In this document: positions 29,332 through 38,913 of the stretch, piece by piece | Numbering within the stretch: the first letter of the stretch is position 1 | Layout: the number at the start of each line of letters is the position of its first letter | DNA from: Thermoanaerobaculia bacterium | GTDB taxonomy: Bacteria > Acidobacteriota > Thermoanaerobaculia > Multivoradales > UBA5704 | Assembly: GCA_044226625.1 (NCBI GenBank) | Contig: JBGAGQ010000001.1 | Span: forward strand, 192,001 to 256,000 | Reading direction: 5' to 3' | DNA length: 64,000 nt | The notes under the pieces: generated by a model | Seen by the model: the letters and a program-made list of their open reading frames with translations, nothing else | What the model was told of the DNA's origin: nothing | Databases searched by the model: none | Program-made: the position numbers and the translations under genes

Positions 29332-32300
29332 TTATGGCACCAGCTCGATCTTCGCCTCCCTAACCTTGTCCCGATACTTGGTCACCGCATCGGCGAAATA
29401 CGCGTTCACCTCGGCCTCCACCGCCGCGAGCTTGGTCTCGGCCGCCTCGAGATACGCGAGGTGGGTGGGGCTCGGCGGCGCCCACGAGGAGGTGACGTAC
29501 GCCTGCGCGAAAAAGAGGTCGGTGAGCGCGTCGCCGAAGCGGACGATCCCGACCGTTTCCGGGCTCTGCCAAACCTTCTTCTCGAGCTTGGCGAGGCCTT
29601 CCTTCACCTCTTCTCCCAGTTTGACGAGCGGCAGCTCGTCCGCCTTGACCTCGTGCTTGCGGATCGCCTCGGCGTTCGCCGCTTTCACCCGCTCGGCCAC
29701 GGCGTCCACGTCTCTCCTCGTATCGCGGATCTTCTCGATCGCGGCGACGGCCCGATCCTGGAGCTTGCCGGTCCGCTCGATCGCGGCCTCGCGGGCGGCC
29801 CAGTCGGCGGCGGCGTTCGCGGTGCGCGGATCCTGAACGACCTCGACGCGTCCTTCCGCCTTCTCGCCGCGGAATTCGACCGTTACGCCGTAGGTCCCCG
29901 GCGGCAGCTCCGGTCCCGTGGGATCGTCCGCCGGCTCATCGCCTTCCGCCGGCGGAGGCTGTCGGAAGGCGTCGCGCTCGAGCCCCCAGACGATCCGGTT
30001 CAAGCCGCGGACCGCCTTCGTTCGCAGGGTGCGGACCACTTTTCCGGAGGCGTCGCGGATCGTCACCTTGATCTTGTCGGTGCCTTCCTTGTCGGATTTG
30101 TCGGAGGTCTTTGCGGCCTCCGCCTCCGTGGCTTTCTCCGCCGACCTCGTCGCCTCCCCGGCTCCAACGGTCGCCGACGCGGCCTTCGCCTCCCCGCCCT
30201 TGGGCTCGCCCTCGCCCTCGTCCTTCGAGCCGGGCTTCTTCGCGGCACCGGCTTTGTCGGCCTCGGCCCGCTTCTTTTCGAGGTGGGCCGCCTTGCGGGC
30301 TCGCTCGAGCTTCTCGTCCTGCCAGGGCAGGTCGTCGGCCGCCACCGAAACGTCGATCAGCGCGCCGTACGGGCGGTTCTCGCCTTGATACTCGCCGTGC
30401 CCGAGGCCGTAGCCTCCCCCGGACGGGTTCGCCCGCCAGTGCTGGCGGACGGGGCCGATCTCGAAGAGATGCAGCTTCTGCGCGAGCGCCTCGGCTTTCA
30501 GATGCCGCAGCGGCCGAATGTCGTCGATCACGAACAGCGCCCGACCGTGGGTCGCGACGACCAGGTCGCCGTCGCGCGGATGGACCACGAGGTCGTAGAC
30601 GCCGACGGTGGGAATCCCCTGGCGCCAGGCGCTCCACGACTTGCCCGCGTCGACCGACACCCAGAGCCCGAACTCGGTGCCCAGGAAGAGAAGATCCGGG
30701 TCGACCGGATCCTGCTCGATCGCCTGCGCGTAGCCGCGCAGGTTGGAGGTCGCGAGGCTCTTCCAGGTCTTGCCGTAGTCGTCGGTGCGGACCACGTACG
30801 TCGCGAAGTTCGAGCGGCGGTGATCGTCGAAGACCACGAAAGCCGTGCCGGCGGCCTGGCTCGAGACCTTCACGTGCGGGATCCAGGTGTTGGCCGGAAC
30901 GCCGGGAATATTCTTCTCGACGCTCGTCCAGGTCTTGCCGCCATCGCGAGTGATCTGCAGGCGGCCGTCGTCGGTGCCTACCCAGATCGTCCCCCGCTCG
31001 ACCGGCGACGGAGCGATCGCGAGGATCGTCGTGAAGTTCTCGGCGCCGGTGACGTCGGGGGTCAGACCGCCGCTGTCGGCCTGCTTCTGCCAAGCGGGGT
31101 TGTTCGAGGTGAGATCGGGGCTGATGATCTCCCAGGTCTCGCCGCGGTCTTTCGAGCGATGGAGGAACTGGCTGCCGAGGTAGATCGTCGCCGGGTCGAA
31201 CGGATCGATCGCGAAGCCGGCGTTCCAGTTGAAGCGCAGCTCCGTCCGCTCCGAGCTTCCCTCCTTCGCGAGCGGCGCGGGGGGCTTGATCTCCCGCGCT
31301 TCCCCGGTGTGGAGGTTCCAGCGCGACAGGTTTCCGCCCTGCCAAAGGGCGTACCCCTGCATCGAATCGGCCGGATCCGGGGTGGTGTCGAAGCCGTCGC
31401 CGCCTCCCACGGCGTCCCACTGGAAGGCCCGCAGACCGCCGTTCTGCCAAGCGGACGAGGGACCGCGCCATGAGCCGTTGTCCTGGAGACCGCCATAGAC
31501 GTGGTACGGCACGTCGTCGTCGACCCGCACGTGGTAGTACTGGGCGAGCGGCAGGGTGGTCAAGAAGCCCGCCGTCTTCCCCCCGTCGTGCGAGACCGCG
31601 ACGCCGCCGTCGTCGCCGACGTAGAGGCGCCGCGGATTCGCGGGATCGATCCACAGCGCGTGGTAGTCGCCGTGGATCGCGCTGCCGAACGCTGCGGCGT
31701 CGAGGGTCTTTCCGGCGTCGTCGGAGACCCGGACGTCGAAATCGAGGCTATAGATCCGGTTCGGCGCCTGGGGGTCGACGCGGATCTCGCAGAAGTAGAA
31801 CGGCCGCGGGTTGACGTTCGGCTCGTCGTTCGCGGTCGACCAGCTCCGGCCGCCGTCTTCGGAGCGAAGCAGCGCGCTCTTCTTCGCCTCGACCATCGCG
31901 TAGACGATCTCGGGATTCGAGCGCGAGTAGGCGAGGCCGATCCGTCCCAGCTCGCCCGCGGGCAAGCCGTCGTCCTCGGTCGCTCGCTCCCACGTCTCTC
32001 CCCCGTCGAACGAGCTCCAGAGCCCGGAGCCCGGACCGCCCGACTGGAACGACCAGGGCCAGCGGCGGTACTGCCACGTGGTGGCAAGCAGGTGATTGGG
32101 ATGGGCCGGGTCGAGCGCGACGTCCGCCGCGCCGGTCTTCTCGTCGACGTAGAGGACCTTGCGCCAGCTCTTGCCGCCGTCCGTCGTCTTGAAGACGCCT
32201 CGCTCCGGATTCTCGCCCCAGGCCCGGCCGAGCGCGGCGACCCAGGCGACGTCGGGATTCCGCGGATCGAGGACGATCCGATGGATCCGCTCCGTCCCCT

Positions 32301-32715
32301 CGAGTCCCAGATGCTTCCAGGTCTTGCCGCCATCGAGCGTCCGATAGAGCCCGTTGCCCACCGACGCCGAGTTGCGGACGTTCCCCTCGCCGGTGCCGAC
32401 CCAGACGATCGAAGGATTCGCCTGGAAGATCGCGATCGACCCGATCGCCGCGACCGGCTGATCGTCGAAGATCGGATCGAACGTCAGCCCGCCGTTCGTC
32501 GACTTCCAGACGCCCCCGGTGGCCGCGCCGACGTACACCACGTCCGGATTTGCCTCCACCGCGTCGATCGCCGCCACCCGCCCGCTCATCCCCGCCGGCC
32601 CGATCGACCGCGCTTTCAGCCCCGACAGGAGGTTCGTATCGATCCCGGCACCCAAAGCCGCCGAAACCGAGCCCCACATCGCCAGACCCACCCAACCTAA
32701 AACTCGTCGCTTCAT
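29332..32715 (-). CDS. Secreted VPS10/BNR-repeat beta-propeller protein (glycosyl hydrolase-like)
   Basis: Signal peptide, RSIGPAGMSGR, many S/TxDGGxTW Asp-boxes, GGLQDNG, ATHGR. Confidence 0.85.
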   Translation of the reverse strand: MKRRVLGWVGLAMWGSVSAALGAGIDTNLLSGLKARSIGPAGMSGRVAAIDAVEANPDVVYVGAATGGVWKSTNGGLTFDPIFDDQPVAAIGSIAIFQANPSIVWVGTGEGNVRNSASVGNGLYRTLDGGKTWKHLGLEGTERIHRIVLDPRNPDVAWVAALGRAWGENPERGVFKTTDGGKSWRKVLYVDEKTGAADVALDPAHPNHLLATTWQYRRWPWSFQSGGPGSGLWSSFDGGETWERATEDDGLPAGELGRIGLAYSRSNPEIVYAMVEAKKSALLRSEDGGRSWSTANDEPNVNPRPFYFCEIRVDPQAPNRIYSLDFDVRVSDDAGKTLDAAAFGSAIHGDYHALWIDPANPRRLYVGDDGGVAVSHDGGKTAGFLTTLPLAQYYHVRVDDDVPYHVYGGLQDNGSWRGPSSAWQNGGLRAFQWDAVGGGDGFDTTPDPADSMQGYALWQGGNLSRWNLHTGEAREIKPPAPLAKEGSSERTELRFNWNAGFAIDPFDPATIYLGSQFLHRSKDRGETWEIISPDLTSNNPAWQKQADSGGLTPDVTGAENFTTILAIAPSPVERGTIWVGTDDGRLQITRDGGKTWTSVEKNIPGVPANTWIPHVKVSSQAAGTAFVVFDDHRRSNFATYVVRTDDYGKTWKSLATSNLRGYAQAIEQDPVDPDLLFLGTEFGLWVSVDAGKSWSAWRQGIPTVGVYDLVVHPRDGDLVVATHGRALFVIDDIRPLRHLKAEALAQKLHLFEIGPVRQHWRANPSGGGYGLGHGEYQGENRPYGALIDVSVAADDLPWQDEKLERARKAAHLEKKRAEADKAGAAKKPGSKDEGEGEPKGGEAKAASATVGAGEATRSAEKATEAEAAKTSDKSDKEGTDKIKVTIRDASGKVVRTLRTKAVRGLNRIVWGLERDAFRQPPPAEGDEPADDPTGPELPPGTYGVTVEFRGEKAEGRVEVVQDPRTANAAADWAAREAAIERTGKLQDRAVAAIEKIRDTRRDVDAVAERVKAANAEAIRKHEVKADELPLVKLGEEVKEGLAKLEKKVWQSPETVGIVRFGDALTDLFFAQAYVTSSWAPPSPTHLAYLEAAETKLAAVEAEVNAYFADAVTKYRDKVREAKIELVP

Positions 32716-32977
32716 CGAAACATCCTCCAGAGCATCGTCCGACGCCAGGGAGAGACACACCTCTCCCCCAAGCCGGAGTCTCGGTCTCGGGGGATTGTAC
32801 GGAGTGGGTTGGGGAAAGTTCTTGCGGCAAGGCGAAATGGCCTATCGACCACCAAGGTGCCCGATTCCTGCCAAACCGGACCGTCCAAACTTCTTTCGCT
32901 TTCAGACTTCTCGGTCAGGCCTCTGGAAACGAGCAGGAGGATCGATCCCAGGGTTGAAGCCCGAGGAACCGATCAGT

Positions 32978-33886
32978 TCACTCGATCGGGCGCGGTACTG
33001 AGGATTGGCTCCGGTTGAACCTGGATGGGCAAACAATACCAACCTGCCGGCCCAAGAACTCTGCCGAACCTATTCCTTCTTCAAGTGCCGCTCTTATCGT
33101 CGACCAAGGAGTGACGACGGTGTGAGAGACACCCCGGGCTATTACCATGCCGACTACTTCCATGCTCCCTGCCGAGACCACAATTGCGCCAGAGGTCCCA
33201 TCGACCACAGGCTCGTACAATAGGATCTGATTGTGGAGCTTTATCTTGCGAGAATTACCGTAATCAATTTTGGCGCAAAGCTGACCAGCAACCACATGTG
33301 TACTCGGGTTTCTACCAAGAATATCTACCTTTTTAGGGAGCGGAGCACTAGGCGTAAACGTGAACTTACTACCAACCAGCGAAATACTCGCAACCCCTGG
33401 CAAACAAGCGACTGGACACGCGCTCACTTCTAGGCAAAGATCTGCATCATTCTTTAAGTCTCCTCCGAGGTCTACACTCTCCCTGGCGACAGGATCTTTC
33501 TGAGAACATCGAGATCCACTGCTATACCGCCTACCTTCGACCACATGGTGAGCGGTGACTAGGTAGTTATTCTCCAGAATACACGTTAACGTTCCTCTCG
33601 AGAAGCAATCACCTGACTTAATCGTAACATGCTTTAGGGCAGCCTCCCCACCCCCAGGTCTCGCCCCACGAACCCCAGGATCTGAAAATGAACGGGCCTC
33701 CGACTCGCCAGGAACAATCTGGAACTCCTCCCTAATCCACCCCTCAAAATCGCCCTCGCTTGCAAACTCTCGGAAACGAAGAATATTTCCAGAATCAAGC
33801 TTTGCGATGCCGGTGAGCCGAAGCTCATCGAGTTCTTTGCACTCCTCTTCCAAGTTCGGACACATCGTCGCTTCAGTGGATCTCAT
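32978..33886 (-). CDS. Trypsin-like (PA clan) serine protease, no signal peptide
   Basis: GTLTC..YLVTAHHV (His), ADLCL (Asp), DGTSGAIV (Ser), VVGMV; ATGA overlap with the upstream gene; lower GC. Confidence 0.65.
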   Translation of the reverse strand: MRSTEATMCPNLEEECKELDELRLTGIAKLDSGNILRFREFASEGDFEGWIREEFQIVPGESEARSFSDPGVRGARPGGGEAALKHVTIKSGDCFSRGTLTCILENNYLVTAHHVVEGRRYSSGSRCSQKDPVARESVDLGGDLKNDADLCLEVSACPVACLPGVASISLVGSKFTFTPSAPLPKKVDILGRNPSTHVVAGQLCAKIDYGNSRKIKLHNQILLYEPVVDGTSGAIVVSAGSMEVVGMVIARGVSHTVVTPWSTIRAALEEGIGSAEFLGRQVGIVCPSRFNRSQSSVPRPIE

Positions 33887-34902
33887 CGAGTAAGCTGATG
33901 GAACAATACCGGCGCGCATGGTCGAACGTCATCGCCAACGGCTTCTTGACCTACGAGAGGTAGTGGTTGTGCACCGGAACCTGCCTTGTTCAGCTGGTAG
34001 TATCTCTCGAAATCCGGGTCACCATAGAATTTAATCACTGAAGTATCGGTGACCGGGAATGAGCTGCCAAAAGTCGCCACGACCTCCGTTTCCATATTGA
34101 GAAATCTTACGCCGATAGCATCTGCTGAGCTGTGAGTGCTCAGGTCTATCTGCCTGGTCGGACCATCTTTGTCTGAAAGCTTCACCGTGACGAGGGTACT
34201 CTCAGTGCCACTGTTCGTTGGTACTTCAAGAATCACCTCGTTGGCAAGCGCCCTATTCCAAACTGGACTCCCAGACGAAACATATTTCATTCCATTCCAG
34301 GCCAGGGTATCGAACGCCCAAGGGTCAATCCTGCCGTCATCGGCGCGATGAAAGCTAGCAACACTCAGCCGTCCCAGTTCTATAGTGAACAATCCAGCAG
34401 CATCTAGGTCGCGGATCAATTCATAGTCATTTGCACTACCAGCTAGCGACATATATCCGCGAGAAATGGTGCTCATCCTTGGTACCCACCATAGTGAGCG
34501 CTCGTCGCTGGGCTGGGGCAAAGGTGCAGTACCTTTTGTCAAATCATAGGAAAGTCCCTTAGTGCCAGAAAAGAAATCTAGCTCGATCTTCTCGCCATTG
34601 AGCGCCAAAAGTCCCAACTCCTGACCTGACTCAGGACTCGAAAGTATGGCATCTAGCACCCCCCTGGATTCCCTTACAACGTCAGTCAAGTTAAAGACAA
34701 GCGCCGGGAGATGAGACAACCTTACCACTTGATATTTTTCATCAAGGCCGCGACTAAAGCCTGCGGGCCTCGGACGAGTCGCGTTAGGGGTAATCACAGT
34801 AACCTTTGCTGGTTTTCCTGGAGAGTCATCCATTTCGAAGAAGGGGCTATTTGGGAAGAAGGCGTGGAGGCCTGAAAATCTGATCCTCAACATTGGTGCC
34901 AT
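33883..34902 (-). CDS. Hypothetical protein (lower GC, beta-rich)
   Basis: 339-aa ORF with GGGGGA RBS-like sequence; coupled to the protease gene. Confidence 0.7.
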   Translation of the reverse strand: MAPMLRIRFSGLHAFFPNSPFFEMDDSPGKPAKVTVITPNATRPRPAGFSRGLDEKYQVVRLSHLPALVFNLTDVVRESRGVLDAILSSPESGQELGLLALNGEKIELDFFSGTKGLSYDLTKGTAPLPQPSDERSLWWVPRMSTISRGYMSLAGSANDYELIRDLDAAGLFTIELGRLSVASFHRADDGRIDPWAFDTLAWNGMKYVSSGSPVWNRALANEVILEVPTNSGTESTLVTVKLSDKDGPTRQIDLSTHSSADAIGVRFLNMETEVVATFGSSFPVTDTSVIKFYGDPDFERYYQLNKAGSGAQPLPLVGQEAVGDDVRPCAPVLFHQLTR

Positions 34903-35207
34903 CCGTAATCCCCCGGTATATTTTCAGCCTGTAGTTTTTAGACGAATCAGCCTCTCAAGCGACACGCAGCCTAAGGAATGTTCCTGGCGGATCACTCGCC
35001 ATGAGCCCGCCCAAGCTCGAAACCGAGCGCGATCGGCCACAGCGGCGAATGGCGCAATGCCTCCACGGCTCAGCGGCCACCGGCTCGGCATCCTCTCCTC
35101 TCCCGAATTCGCGTTGAAGGCGCGAGCCTACGCGATTTCTCGTAAGGACGGACGCGGCTCCAGAATTTTCGAGGTCGGAGAACCCTGCCGCTACCGCGGT
35201 GACCGGT

Positions 35208-35725
35208 CAGCACACGACTCGGCGGGCTCAGCTCACCCCTGAGCCCGACCAGCCCACCGCTGATTTTCGCCGGCACACGACCGGGCTGGCCCAGGTCGCC
35301 TCTGGGCTGCACCAGCCCACCACCGGGCTCGGCCGGCTCACCCCTGATTTCCGCCAGCACACGACTGGGCTGGCCCAGATCACCTCTGGGCTGCGTCAGC
35401 ACACCCCTGGGCTCCGCCAGCCCACCCTTGAGCCCGACCTGCCCACTCTTGATTTCCGCCAGCACACTGCCGAGCTGGCCTAGATCACCTCCGGGCTCCG
35501 CCAGCACGCCACCGCGCTCGGCCCAATCACCCCTGGGCCCGATCTACCCACCCCTGGTTTTCGCCAGCGCACCACCGGGCTGGCCCAGATCACTTCCGGG
35601 CTGCGCCAGCACACCCCTGGGCTCCGCCAGCCCACTCCTGATCTCTGCCAGCTGACTCCTGGGCCGGCCCAGCTCACTTCGGGTCTCGGCCAGATCACCG
35701 CTGGGCTCGGCCTGCTCACCCCTTC
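35208..35725. repeat. 21-bp tandem array B (~24-25 units) with 105-bp higher-order repeat
   Basis: Units such as cagcacacgactgggctggcc, cagatcacctctgggctgcgt, cagcacacccctgggctccgc in unbroken 21-nt register. Confidence 0.9.
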
Positions 35726-35762
35726 TCCCGTCCCGCCCACCGGTGGGTGCGCCCGCCACGCC

Positions 35763-36017
35763 TCAACAGAAGTTCGGTCCGCTCCAATCTTCGTAGCCGT
35801 AGCCGTAGGCCGGCCCGCCCTCGGGGCAGGTGAAGATCCACGAAGGGACCTCCGTGGTGCAGCAGCTGGAGTAATCCATCGGACCGGAGACGAAGTGGTT
35901 GCCGGATTGGGGGCAGGAGACGTAGCACCCCAACACCCAGGCGGAGCTGGGCGAGGCGAAAATGGCGAGGACGATGGCGAGCAGCGCGGCGCGGACGACG
36001 AGCTTGGGGGCGTTCAT
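35763..36017 (-). CDS. Small secreted cysteine-rich peptide
   Basis: Strong RBS GAGGAGG, Sec signal ending SSA, 58-aa mature part with 6 Cys. Confidence 0.75.
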   Translation of the reverse strand: MNAPKLVVRAALLAIVLAIFASPSSAWVLGCYVSCPQSGNHFVSGPMDYSSCCTTEVPSWIFTCPEGGPAYGYGYEDWSGPNFC

Positions 36018-36150
36018 CGGTCTTCCTCCTCTTTCAAGCGTGACAGCGGTTCAACAAGGAAGGTGTCCCGCGGTTTGCGGGGTGCGCCGACCTCCTCTTC
36101 GACTCTCCCTCTTGATCCGCTCAGAGAGGAAACCGGACGATTCCCGGCGC

Positions 36151-36465
36151 GGGGAACTCAATTCCCCGTACAGGGAACTCACTTCCCTGCCACGGGAACT
36201 CACTTCCTCGTGCAGGGAACTCACTTCCCAGCATCGGGAACTCACTTCCCCGCACAGGGAACTCGCTTCCCCGTGCAGGGAACTCACTTCCCCGTACAGG
36301 GAACTCACTTCCCCGTACAGGGAACTCACTTCCCCGTACAGGGAACTCACTTCCCCGTACAGGGAACTCGCTTCCCCGTGCAGGGAACTCACTTCCCTCC
36401 AGCGGGAAGTGAGTTCCCGTGGCAGGGATGTACATTCACGCTACCGGAATGTACATCCCCGCAAC
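36151..36465. repeat. 21-bp tandem array C: 12 direct units, one inverted-core unit, two degenerate units
   Basis: Consensus agggaactcacttccccgtac; units start every 21 nt from 36151 to 36382; unit at 36403 has gggaagtgagttccc. Confidence 0.95.
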
Positions 36466-36517
36466 GGGTGGAACTTCGTGGACACCCCCAGAACCCGAGG
36501 ATGCGCCAGGAAGCGGG

Positions 36518-38728
36518 CTATTTCGCCCCCGTCCCCTTCTTCCCCACGTCCCACCGATCCAGCCACCCGAAGAACTCCTTCCACCACAGCAACGCCGCCT
36601 GGGGTTTGAGGATCCAGTGGTTCTCCTCGGGGAAGATGACGATGCGGGAGGGAACGCCCTTGGCCGAGAGAACTTGGTGGAGGTTGATCCCTTGGGTCAC
36701 CGGGACGCGGTAGTCGCGCTCGCCGTGGAGGATCAGGGTGGGGGTCTTGAAGTTCTTGGCGTAGTAGCTCGGCGACCAGCGGACGATGCGTTGCGGGTCC
36801 TGCCAGGGCGTGGCGCCGTAATTGCCCGAGCGGCCCCAGATGGAATCGGAGGCATACTGCGCCATCAGGTCGTAGACGCCGGCGTGAGAGATCAGCGCGG
36901 CGTAGCGATCGGTGTGGCCGAGGATCCAGTCGACCAGGTAGCCGCCGTAGGAGCCGCCGGCCGCGAAGAGGCGTTTGGGGTCGACCCAGCCGCGCTTGAT
37001 CAGGTCGTCGGTGACCGCTTGGACGTCGGCGAACGGCTTGTCGCCGTGGGCACCGACGATCGACTCGGCGAACGCCTGCCCGTAGCCGGACGAGCCGTGG
37101 AAGTTGACCATCGCGACGACGAAGCCGTGCGAGGCCATCAGGCGGGCGTTCCATCGATAGGAGAAATCGTCCTGGAAGGCGCCGAACGGCCCGCCATGGA
37201 TCGCCTGGAGCAGCGGCGCCTTGGTCTTGCCCTCTTCGAATCCGGGGGGGAAGACGACGATCGCGTGGACCTTCTGGCCGCCCGCGCCGACGACGTCGAT
37301 GTCGGTGGTCTCGATCGGATCGAGCGCGCCGATGCGATCGACGTTGAAGGAGGTCAACCGGGTCTCGGAAAGCGGATCCGAGAGAGCCACCGACTGGAGC
37401 TCCGCGGGAGCCCGCACCGTCGAACGGGTGAAGACCACTTGGCCCGCCGCGCCGCAATCGGCGCCGCCGATCGCACCGCCTCGCGCGAGCAGCCGGAGCG
37501 GCTCGGCGCCGGTCGCTGGGGCGAGATAGAGGTTCACCCGGGCGCGCTCTTCGACCAGCAGGAGCAGCTCACCCGCGGGGCCGAAGCCGGAGAGGCTCGG
37601 GGAAACATCCCACTTGGAGAACAGCTCCTCGCTCTTGCCCGTTCCGCGGTCCAGGCGTGCCAGACGCTGGAAATCGGGATCGACCTCGCGGCGACGGTTG
37701 CGTGAGAAGTAGAGCGAGCGGCCGTCCGGTGAATAACGCGGCGAGCTCTCGTCGGCCGGCTGGTCGGCGGTGAGATCGCGAATCGGACCCTCGGGCTCGC
37801 CCGTGGGCGAAAGAGCGAGCGCGAAGACGTCGCTGTTGATCTCCCGAAACGGCGAATCGGTCGTGTTCGCTGCGAACGCCACTTCGCGGCCATCCCGAGC
37901 GAGGTCCCAGTCGATCCCGCCGCCCTGGAACTGGGTGCGGCGCGCGAAGCCGGGCATCAGGTCGCGCACTTTCCGCGTCGCGACGTCGAGGACGAACAGA
38001 TGCGCCGCCGTGCCGTCGGTCGCGTAAGCGTCCCAGGCGCGCAGCCAGAGCCCCTCGGCGATCTTCGCCTGGGTCTTGTCGTCCTTCTGCTCGGCAAGGC
38101 GCTTCTTCACCTTGTCCCATTCGTCGTTGAGATCGGGGAAGGTCGAGGCGGCGAAGAAGATCCGCGAGCCGTCCGGGCTCCATTTGGCGCCCGAGGGAGA
38201 GACCGGCAGGTCGGTGAGCGGCTGTGCCTCCCCTCCCGCGAGCGAGAGCACGTAGAGCTGCGCCGGCTTCTCCTTGTCGTTGCCGCGCTTCGAGACGAAG
38301 GCGATCGACTTGCCGTCGGGGCTCCAGCTCGGCGAGCCGTCCGCCTCCTCGTTCCAGGTGAGGCGCCGCGGCGGCATCGTGCCGTCGGTGGGGACCAGCC
38401 AGAGGTCGGAGTTCGATTTGTTCTTTTCGACCGACCAGACGGAGACCGCGAACACCGCGAGCTTGCCGTCCGGCGAGACGACAGGCGCTCCCACGCGCTC
38501 CATCGCCCAGATGTCCTCGGGGGTCATCGGACGGGTGGCGGGCACTCCCTCCGCCGGCGCCGCGGGGGCCATGGCCTCCGCGCCGGTCATGGCGATCGGG
38601 ACGGGAGGATCGTCGGCGAACGCGGGCGCGGCGACCGCCGAGTCAAGGAGAACCGGAGCGAAGAACAAACCGACGGCGAGACCAAGGCGGGGCCGGAGGG
38701 ACCGGAAACCAACGTTGCGCGGGATCAT
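36518..38728 (-). CDS. S9 family (prolyl oligopeptidase-like) secreted peptidase
   Basis: WSPDG propeller repeats, IHGGP, GGSYGG, GERDYRV, EENHW. Confidence 0.9.
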   Translation of the reverse strand: MIPRNVGFRSLRPRLGLAVGLFFAPVLLDSAVAAPAFADDPPVPIAMTGAEAMAPAAPAEGVPATRPMTPEDIWAMERVGAPVVSPDGKLAVFAVSVWSVEKNKSNSDLWLVPTDGTMPPRRLTWNEEADGSPSWSPDGKSIAFVSKRGNDKEKPAQLYVLSLAGGEAQPLTDLPVSPSGAKWSPDGSRIFFAASTFPDLNDEWDKVKKRLAEQKDDKTQAKIAEGLWLRAWDAYATDGTAAHLFVLDVATRKVRDLMPGFARRTQFQGGGIDWDLARDGREVAFAANTTDSPFREINSDVFALALSPTGEPEGPIRDLTADQPADESSPRYSPDGRSLYFSRNRRREVDPDFQRLARLDRGTGKSEELFSKWDVSPSLSGFGPAGELLLLVEERARVNLYLAPATGAEPLRLLARGGAIGGADCGAAGQVVFTRSTVRAPAELQSVALSDPLSETRLTSFNVDRIGALDPIETTDIDVVGAGGQKVHAIVVFPPGFEEGKTKAPLLQAIHGGPFGAFQDDFSYRWNARLMASHGFVVAMVNFHGSSGYGQAFAESIVGAHGDKPFADVQAVTDDLIKRGWVDPKRLFAAGGSYGGYLVDWILGHTDRYAALISHAGVYDLMAQYASDSIWGRSGNYGATPWQDPQRIVRWSPSYYAKNFKTPTLILHGERDYRVPVTQGINLHQVLSAKGVPSRIVIFPEENHWILKPQAALLWWKEFFGWLDRWDVGKKGTGAK

Positions 38729-38822
38729 GGCGCGCGGATGTTACACCGGAGACCCGGGCGGCTCTTCCCGAGGCCCCCAATGCCCTGAACATCGGTCGTG
38801 TCCTTACGGCACCGCCTCTTCG

Positions 38823-38853
38823 CGTAGGGGCGGAGGCAAGCTCCGCCCCTACG
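38823..38853. repeat. GTAG-type REP-like palindrome, possible terminator
   Basis: cgtaggggcggag-gcaag-ctccgcccctacg, perfect 13-bp stem. Confidence 0.6.
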
Positions 38854-38913
38854 TAAGACGAAGGGACGTCGTGCCGGAGCGGAGGCAAGGCCCGGACTAA
38901 CGTCCTCTCCCAC

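Noticed and set aside
33883-34902. Bacterial gasdermin next to a protease
   Set aside because: No N-terminal Cys or recognisable gasdermin pattern; left as an unknown protein
36151-36465. CRISPR array interpretation of array C (and arrays A and B)
   Set aside because: Period is only 21 bp with 6-bp, often identical linkers; no unique spacers and no cas genes in the window
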